This document shows, one piece after another, positions 18,204 through 64,000 of a stretch of 64,000 nt of DNA. The position numbers were made by a program, and so were the translations under genes. Numbering within the stretch: the stretch's first letter is position 1; each line of letters begins with the position of its first letter. The DNA is from Podarcis tiliguerta (Eukaryota): assembly GCA_965153285.1 (NCBI GenBank), contig OZ229123.1. One strand, given 5' to 3'. Under the pieces are notes generated by a model. The model was not told where the DNA came from and made no database searches. It worked only from the letters and a program-made list of their open reading frames with translations.

Positions 18204-19893
18204 AACTCATGTCTTTGAAATGATTCAGTCACGAGACAAACTAAACTGTTTTTTTGCCTGGGTTAAAATCTCTCCTTGCCCATCAAGTTCACTCAGTTAT
18301 ATTGTGCCAACTATGCACACACAGCCTCAGTGGCTGCATAGGGCCATTATAAAATAGAGGGAAACTCATGTGCACTGTCTTCAACTCAAAAAGTAGGGTA
18401 TACCAAGCATATGACATAGTGAGAAACGTAGCAGATAACACTGTGGATACAAGTGATCTGCATTTCAAACTCAAAGAAAAGGCACACACATCAACCATAA
18501 TGCTCAATGCTGTGCATCTGACTTTCAACCACCTATCCCTGAAGCGCTGCAGCTCCTTTGACAGCCTAAACAAAGCACCCTGCTTATTTCTGCTCCTATT
18601 AGCATAAGCAGGCTGGCCAGGTGTGTCTCTAATACTACAAAGGAAGATGACATAGCAGAGTCCTACTGGAGAAACAGGAAAATGAAACCTGATCTTTTTC
18701 AAGATGGCTTGCCTAGAATTTTTTGTGTATTATTTGGTGGGAAGAAAAGCCTCCATCCCTACCCATTTGTAAGAAGGCTATTTTGCCTTTCAGCTCTGCA
18801 ATTCTGATCCCATGTTCCTACAAAACACTATTGCTGCCCCTGCCAGCTTCTAAAACCTTGCGCATCAGCAAAACATAATGGGTTCTTCTCCTGGTTTTGG
18901 ATCCTTCCACAGCTCTCAAAAGGCGAAATCTGAGGTGACATATTTACCTTGGAATAAACCCAATTTACTCAGGCCTTCATTCTGAGTAAACATGACTAGA
19001 CCGTGGGGTGTTATTTAAGTTCCAGAAGGACAGTTTCATACAGCCAACACACAAACAACCTTGGGGCACCTTTAAGGCTTATGGTGGCAGAAGCTTCACA
19101 GGCTAAAACCCCATTAATCAAACGCACTAAATGTTATTATCCATCCGTATGTGTGTGTATATATAGACACACACACATATCTATTTACACACAGGTGAGT
19201 GTTAATACAAATATACACATACTGATAGGTAACAACGTGTGTGTGAAAGAAGACATTCATACACACACCATCAAACAACCACTTCATGCATCCGACGAAG
19301 CAGCCTTCAGTCCACAAAAGCTTCTGCCATCAAAAATCTGCGGGTCTTAGAATCGCAGAATTGTGGCGTCGGAAGGGGTCCGAGGGTCATCCAGCCCAAC
19401 CCCCTGCATTGCAGTAAGCTAAGTCTTGAAAAGCGCCATAAGATTATTTGGTGTGCCTGTTATAGTTTCGAAGTTTCCTCACTTCGCCCCTTGCATCCCC
19501 CTCTACTCTACTCTATGAAGCAGTTCGCTGCCTCCACCCCTCAAAGGAAGAGCTACACAAATGGCGCAAACCTCCCACCCCCACACCCCACTTTAAAATA
19601 ACGCAGAATAGGAATGGCGGGGCTGGGAGTGGGGGTGAAGAGGCCGCTATGGCAGCCTTGCAAGACGTGCATGGAGACAGAAGAGCCAGCCCCTCCCTCT
19701 TCCTGCGTAAAAACAAGCGCCCCTCCGCAGATGCTCCTCGCAGGATACAGCCCAAGGAAGCACCCCCGCTTCCTTCCTTCCCACTTCTTGAGGGAAGTGA
19801 GGGCCTCAACTCGCCCCCCCCGCCCACCCAATGTGCTTCGCATCAGCGCTCACCCACCAGCTGGTTGGTGCTCCTATTGTCGCCCTCCGCCAT
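14217..19893 (-). CDS. ARL6IP1: ARL6-interacting protein 1 (ER-shaping hairpin membrane protein), 203 aa, 6 exons
   Basis: Exons (minus): 19893-19858 (MAEGDNRSTNQL), 16947-16814 (AAETASLEEQLQGWGEVILVTDKILRWEKPWFPP...), 16329-16210 (MIYYLDPSVLSGVSCFVMLLCLADYLVP...), 15289-15172 (TTEQQQRFHEICSNLVKTRRGIVGWWKRLF...), 14591-14507 (YFMTMLCSLAVIAWIGQQVHNLFLTYLI), 14335-14217 (...GMAKREVNKLLKQKEKKNE-TGA). 36+134+120+118+85+119=612 nt, GT-AG; C-terminal KKxx ER-retrieval motif intact; expected syntenic position. Confidence 0.98.
15924..16059. mobile_element. 136-bp hAT MITE in ARL6IP1 intron 3
   Basis: Long TIR caggcataggcaaactcggccctccagatgttttgggactaca; perfect 8-bp TSD ctctaggt. Confidence 0.92.
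18161..18199. repeat. (CA)19 microsatellite
   Basis: Uninterrupted CA run in ARL6IP1 intron 1. Confidence 0.97.
19286..19412. mobile_element. Penelope-like terminal fragment abutting an antisense CR1-type tail
   Basis: atgcatccgacgaag...agtccacaaaagctt resembles reptile Penelope-like termini (a similar fragment lies near 705-790); tagaatcgcagaattg...ggaagggg...ggtcatccagcccaaccccctgc is a reverse CR1-type tail. Recognised from memory only. Confidence 0.4.
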
Positions 19894-20340
19894 TTTGTGC
19901 GGCCCAGACAGCTGCTTTCCGCAGACTCCTTCTCTCCCACCCCTCGCAAACCGTCACGGGTTAAGCCCCGCCTCCTCCGCCTAGCCTTCCCGACCACGCC
20001 CCCCTGCCGAAGCGACACCTCCTTTCTGCTTCCCCGTCGGCCTCGCGAACAAAAACCCTTCGCCGCCTCGCCCTCCTTCCCCTTTTATGAGCTCGGCGGC
20101 CCCGCCCATCCCGCCTCCCCGACGCTTTCCATTGGATAAGGACCATCTCACTCCCCTAACCAGCACCCTCTCATCTGCCCCCCTGCCCGTTCGCCTTTGA
20201 ATTTGGACCAATCAGCGCCCTCCTCCTTCTCGTCGTGACTTCGGGCGCGTGAGGGGGAGAAACGTCGCGTTGTTCCTTTGACGTCCCGCAGCAGAAACCG
20301 TTTAACGGGTTTTTGGAGGGGATTCCGGAGTGGGCTGGGG
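19500..20340 (-). promoter_or_regulatory. ARL6IP1 CpG-island promoter / exon 1 region
   Basis: High GC and CpG around the ATG at 19893; CCAAT boxes (minus 20136-20132, plus near 20208-20212); CRE-like TGACGTC near 20279-20285; GC boxes; AAAATGGCGG overlapping the start codon. Confidence 0.85.
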
Positions 20341-20681
20341 AAGGACTGCTTAGCGCCTTTCCAAGTAGAAACAAACTGGCCCCTTATGGGGGGATTGTGG
20401 GAGTTGTTCCCACAGGTTTTCCCAGCTGGATAATTGAGTCTTTGCCATGAGTGTCTATGCATTACTGATTACATTTCTTATTTTTCCTCAAAGGAGCTCA
20501 AGGTGGCCTATATGGGTTCTCCCTCTCCCTATTTACAACAACCCTGTGAGGTAGGTAGGCTAGGCGAAGAAGCAATGACTGGCCTGAGGTCACCCAGTGA
20601 GTTCCACAGCTGAGCAAGGGGTTTGGCAAGTAGCAGAGCCAGGGCCTGAGGTGTTGGTGCCGAGCAGGCCACCTGGAAGTA

Positions 20682-21023
20682 CAGTGGTGCCTCGCAAGAT
20701 GAAAAGAATCCGTTCTGCGAGTCTTTTCGTCTTGCGGTTTTTTCGTCTTGCGAAGCAAGCCCATTAGCGGATTAGCGCTATTGGCAGTTTAAGGGCTAAA
20801 ACGGCTTTTTAAGGCTTAAGGGATTAGCGGATTACCTGCTAAAAGGCTATTAGCAGCTTAGCGCTTTAGAAAAAGGGGTTTTGGAGCGGAAAAACCCCCT
20901 CAAAAATTGCAAGACATTTTCGTCTTGCGAAGCAAGCCCATAGGGAAATTCGTCTTGCGAAGCGCCTCTGAAAACGGAAAACCCTTTCGTCTTGCGGGTT
21001 TTCCGTCTTGCGGGGCACCACTG
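20682..21023. mobile_element. TcMar/Tigger-like MITE family B
   Basis: TA-cagtggtgcctcgcaaga...tcttgcggggcaccactg-TA; repeated cgtcttgcg subterminal motifs and attagcgg internal repeats. Confidence 0.9.
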
Positions 21024-22039
21024 TACCTGTATGAGTCAAACTAAAGGAAGTACCTTTGTGAATCAAACGAGGCTTGCAGTTTGGAAGTGACCGGAGGAGA
21101 GTTAGAAGGGATGTGGAAAGGGCTGGTAGTCTTTACCACTACAGGCGAGAGAGAAGGAAGTGATGGAGCGAGATCCAGGTGACAGCTGGGAGGGAAGGGT
21201 CCCACAAATGAAAGGTGTAGCAACCATCCAGTGCTTGCAGTTGTGGTGAGCCTCTAGAATGCCTTTCCAGAATATTCTCTTTCTCTCACACACATATTTT
21301 ATATACTACCATTTCTTTCTGTGTTGAATATTAGTTTGATCCTAAACCTATGCTTTCCCCACTTCTGTAACCTACCATATGTTGGTAAACTGAATTGCCA
21401 TAATTTAAAAAAGAAAAGAAAAAAAGACCAGGAATAATATAGTACATTCAACTTGTTTGATTCAAAAGCCCTACATTTTCTGGATAAAAGGGGCAAGCTT
21501 GAACAACAGCAGGAGACAGACTGCAACGTCTAGGTGCATTTATCTGGGAGTCCAACTAATGCAAAAACCTGCATCCTAACAAAGGTGATTTTAAACTCAT
21601 TTCTCCCCCAACAGCTTCCAACACTCCTCTGAATAACTCACTGAAGTTTCAAATATAGTGAAGGCTGAAGATGAAAAGGGGCAGGTTCTGATGTTCCCAT
21701 TTGGAGGGCGGGAGCAGCAGAGAGGAGCAAATCTTGCGTGGTTAGGAATTCCTAAGTCCAATGAATCAATGTGAACTATCACAATAACGTCCAATTAGAT
21801 TCTGCAGGATGTTGCAGTTGTTAATTCTCCGTGCATCCCCTTGAAGAGCTCATGCTCGAAATGCATCAAATCTATTCCTTGTGCTGATTCCCCTCTGTAA
21901 AAGAGGTGGTAACCTTTTCCACAATTGCAGGGGTTACACATGCTTGGTACCGTGATCACTGCTAACTGCAAGTTAGAGATCTAGAACTTTGAATGTTACT
22001 GCAGTAAAGAAAAGAATGCCACACAGGGAATGAAGAATA

Positions 22040-24381
22040 CAAATAGATTTTTGAGCTTTATTACATTATGCAGTAAAGACCCCCGTCTCCATACACATTT
22101 CTGGATAGTGTGGTATAATAATACATGAATCACAAGCGCAGCAGCCTGCCTTGACCCCTGGTTCCCAAAGGAAAGAAAAACATGTTACCATCTTATCCCA
22201 ATCGTAATTGGATACAGACTGCTCATTAAGGATGTTTCGTACAAGGAAAATAAAGGTACACTCACCAAATGCTTGGATTTTGCCTTAACTGAATTTTACT
22301 GAAAAGCAAACCTCTCACTCTTGCAATGCTAAGAGCGAAGTTCCAGAGTACTGAGTTGGAATGCATTTACTCACAAGCATTAGTAAATATGTAGGCAGTG
22401 CACATGACATGTCTAGGGCAGGTAATTAAAAGGTGAGATAGCTAGCGCCTATGTGGAAGACTGATACCAGTATCAAGTCACTTCTGTATCAGATATTCTG
22501 AGGAAGTCAAAACAATTTTTCCACATTATAAAAACGCTGGAATAATTAGCTTCTTCTTGTGCTGGACCTTAATATATATTTGATAGCAACTCTTCAAAAC
22601 AAAGGCCAAAGCTCAAACTCCGATAAATAGGCTGCATCAATTAAAAAAATTAACTGTTGGAAAGGTTTTTAAAATCCTTAAGAGATTAAAGAGGAAGTGA
22701 TGGGAACATTTGATTTGTCCTCATTTAACAGCTTTCAAAGCAAATTAAATAAGTTCACATAGTCCCACAAGTTCAATTTGGAAGTTTAGATTCAAGTGGT
22801 GCCTATCAAAACATGACACCGATTAGTGATAACTGAGTTAAGAAGCAGCCTGTTCTTTCCTAAAGCAAAGTTAAAACAAGTTCCTAAGGTAATGATTTTA
22901 GTGAGCAGGCAAGTAAAACACTGAGGACATATGGAAACAGACTGATTTAAAGTGCCATTTTAATAGCAACTTTTGTCACACCCATAGTTCAAAAGTGCAA
23001 GGTAGGTTTAGGAAAACTTGCTGAGAAATTCACAACTGAACACCACCTATTGGAAGTCATATGGAAATGTAACTTCACACAAATCTTTGTACAATTTCGC
23101 TTGAACAAAAAGAGATAGTCCACTTTAGCTTTGTATTTATGTCTATCTTTAAATTCCCAGATTGAACTGAAACACTATACATTTACAAGTGTAAATCAAA
23201 ATTTGAAATGAATCAAACAGCATAAAACTACCTCCACTAGAACTTGACTTTATTGATTTTCTGTCATCAACAATGTAAAAGAGTCTACTTAGATATTCTA
23301 ATCATTTTTAAGGTAAAGATTACATTGGAGTACCTACATTTACAAAAGAAACTACAGCAAAATCACAGTAGAATGTGTTTTGGAGGAAAAGGTTTGAACT
23401 ACAAAAAGGAGTGTACACTGCAAGCAGAGGGAGGTGCACATGAAAACCAAATGCCTGTTAGATTCATTACTTTGAAATGCACAGTGAATTTGGGGAAACT
23501 GTACATGATAGAATCACAAAAAATCACTTTAAAAGAACCAAAACTCCAACCATTTGCGTTTGATCAGCCAACACAAAAGATTTGCTTAAATGTTCAGCGT
23601 TCCCTGTGCTTTTGGAAAATTTGGTTTGCAAAAAACAAAGAAGAAATGATTAATTTGACTGAACGGTGAAATTACAAGGATTGAAATAAAAACATATTAG
23701 AAATACATCTAAAGAACAAGAATAAACCAGAAGTGGGAAAGAACTTAAAAAAAAAAAAAGACACAAAGGCTCTCTCTTCTCAAAGAGGTTCTTCCAACAC
23801 AGCTGACATGCAGCTCTTTGCATTTTCAGTCCATTTCTGAAGTTCATTCTCATGTAGCATTTATTTATTCATTTTTTGCACAAACTGGTCAACTCAACCA
23901 GCACTGTTGCCAAGCAACAAGAGCGACTCAAGAAACTCAATCTCTCAAATCTTCCTTTGCTGCGATTTCTTCACGGCCCCCTTTTTTCGGTTTCGGTTTC
24001 TCCTGGATTGTTCACAGGGTCAGGTGGAACTGGGTTCCAAATCACTCTGCGGTATGTAGCATTCCCAATTTCCTTTCTGCAGCTATGTTTCCCCCCGACA
24101 CGATTGCAGTTCTTCTGTAGCAGAAAGACAGCCGTGTTGTTCAGGCGGTGAGCTTTCACCCTTGACCCTGGGGGTTCCAGGCCATTGTGTTTAGCGTATC
24201 CCTGAGTGCAGCTACTCTGCAGGACTCACTTCCCAGTGCACCGAGATTGCCTAGGTTTCCTCACATTAAGCCCCAGAAAGGCATCACCACCGACTGTGGT
24301 GCTGCTATGGATGCCTGAGGCCGAGTTGATTCTGCTGGATGTCTGACCTCGCTGAACCAGACTGACCTGCTATCTTCCTGT
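22040..24381 (-). other. SMG1: SMG1 long 3'UTR (at least about 2.3 kb)
   Basis: U-rich on the minus strand and lacking obvious TEs after the stop; AATAAA candidates at 23254-23249 and 22062-22057. The true 3' end cannot be fixed from DNA alone. Confidence 0.65.

Positions 24382-64000
<39,619 letters not shown>

Noticed and set aside
19513-20462. Cluster of roughly 100-aa ORFs
   Set aside because: Same artefact at the ARL6IP1 CpG island; the real coding part is only 36 nt.
23244-23669. 141-aa plus-strand ORF antisense to the SMG1 3'UTR
   Set aside because: Starts at TTG, is Lys-rich because the UTR is U-rich, and has no recognisable homology or promoter.

Overview
Vertebrate nuclear DNA, almost certainly from a squamate reptile and probably a lacertid lizard (inferred from Sauria-type SINEs and lizard-type MITE/LINE families). 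Three spliced genes lie head-to-tail on the minus strand in the order SMG1 - ARL6IP1 - RPS15A, the same order as human 16p12.3. SMG1 is partial: 42 coding exons at 61481-24382, about 2715 aa, covering the FAT, kinase, insertion and FATC regions, with the 5' end beyond the window. ARL6IP1 is complete (6 exons, 203 aa) but largely missed by the ORF track. RPS15A is complete (non-coding 5'TOP exon plus 4 coding exons, 130 aa). All inferred introns are GT-AG and exon phases add up. Introns and intergenic DNA carry many young and old transposons (TcMar and hAT MITEs, Sauria SINEs, L1/L2/CR1 fragments, a decayed DIRS-like element). I see no operon-like, CRISPR-like or viral system, and no clearly new system is proven. 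Best leads: (1) an in-frame ARL6IP1 exon 5 to RPS15A exon 2 read-through that would give a 296-aa membrane-anchored uS8 fusion; (2) a 1.34-kb ORF-less, poly(A)-tailed retroposon with an 18-bp TSD and CpG-rich head; (3) a possible precise intron loss in the SMG1 kinase core; (4) an orphan second promoter upstream of RPS15A; (5) unusual MITEs; (6) candidate poison exons and miRNA sites in SMG1.
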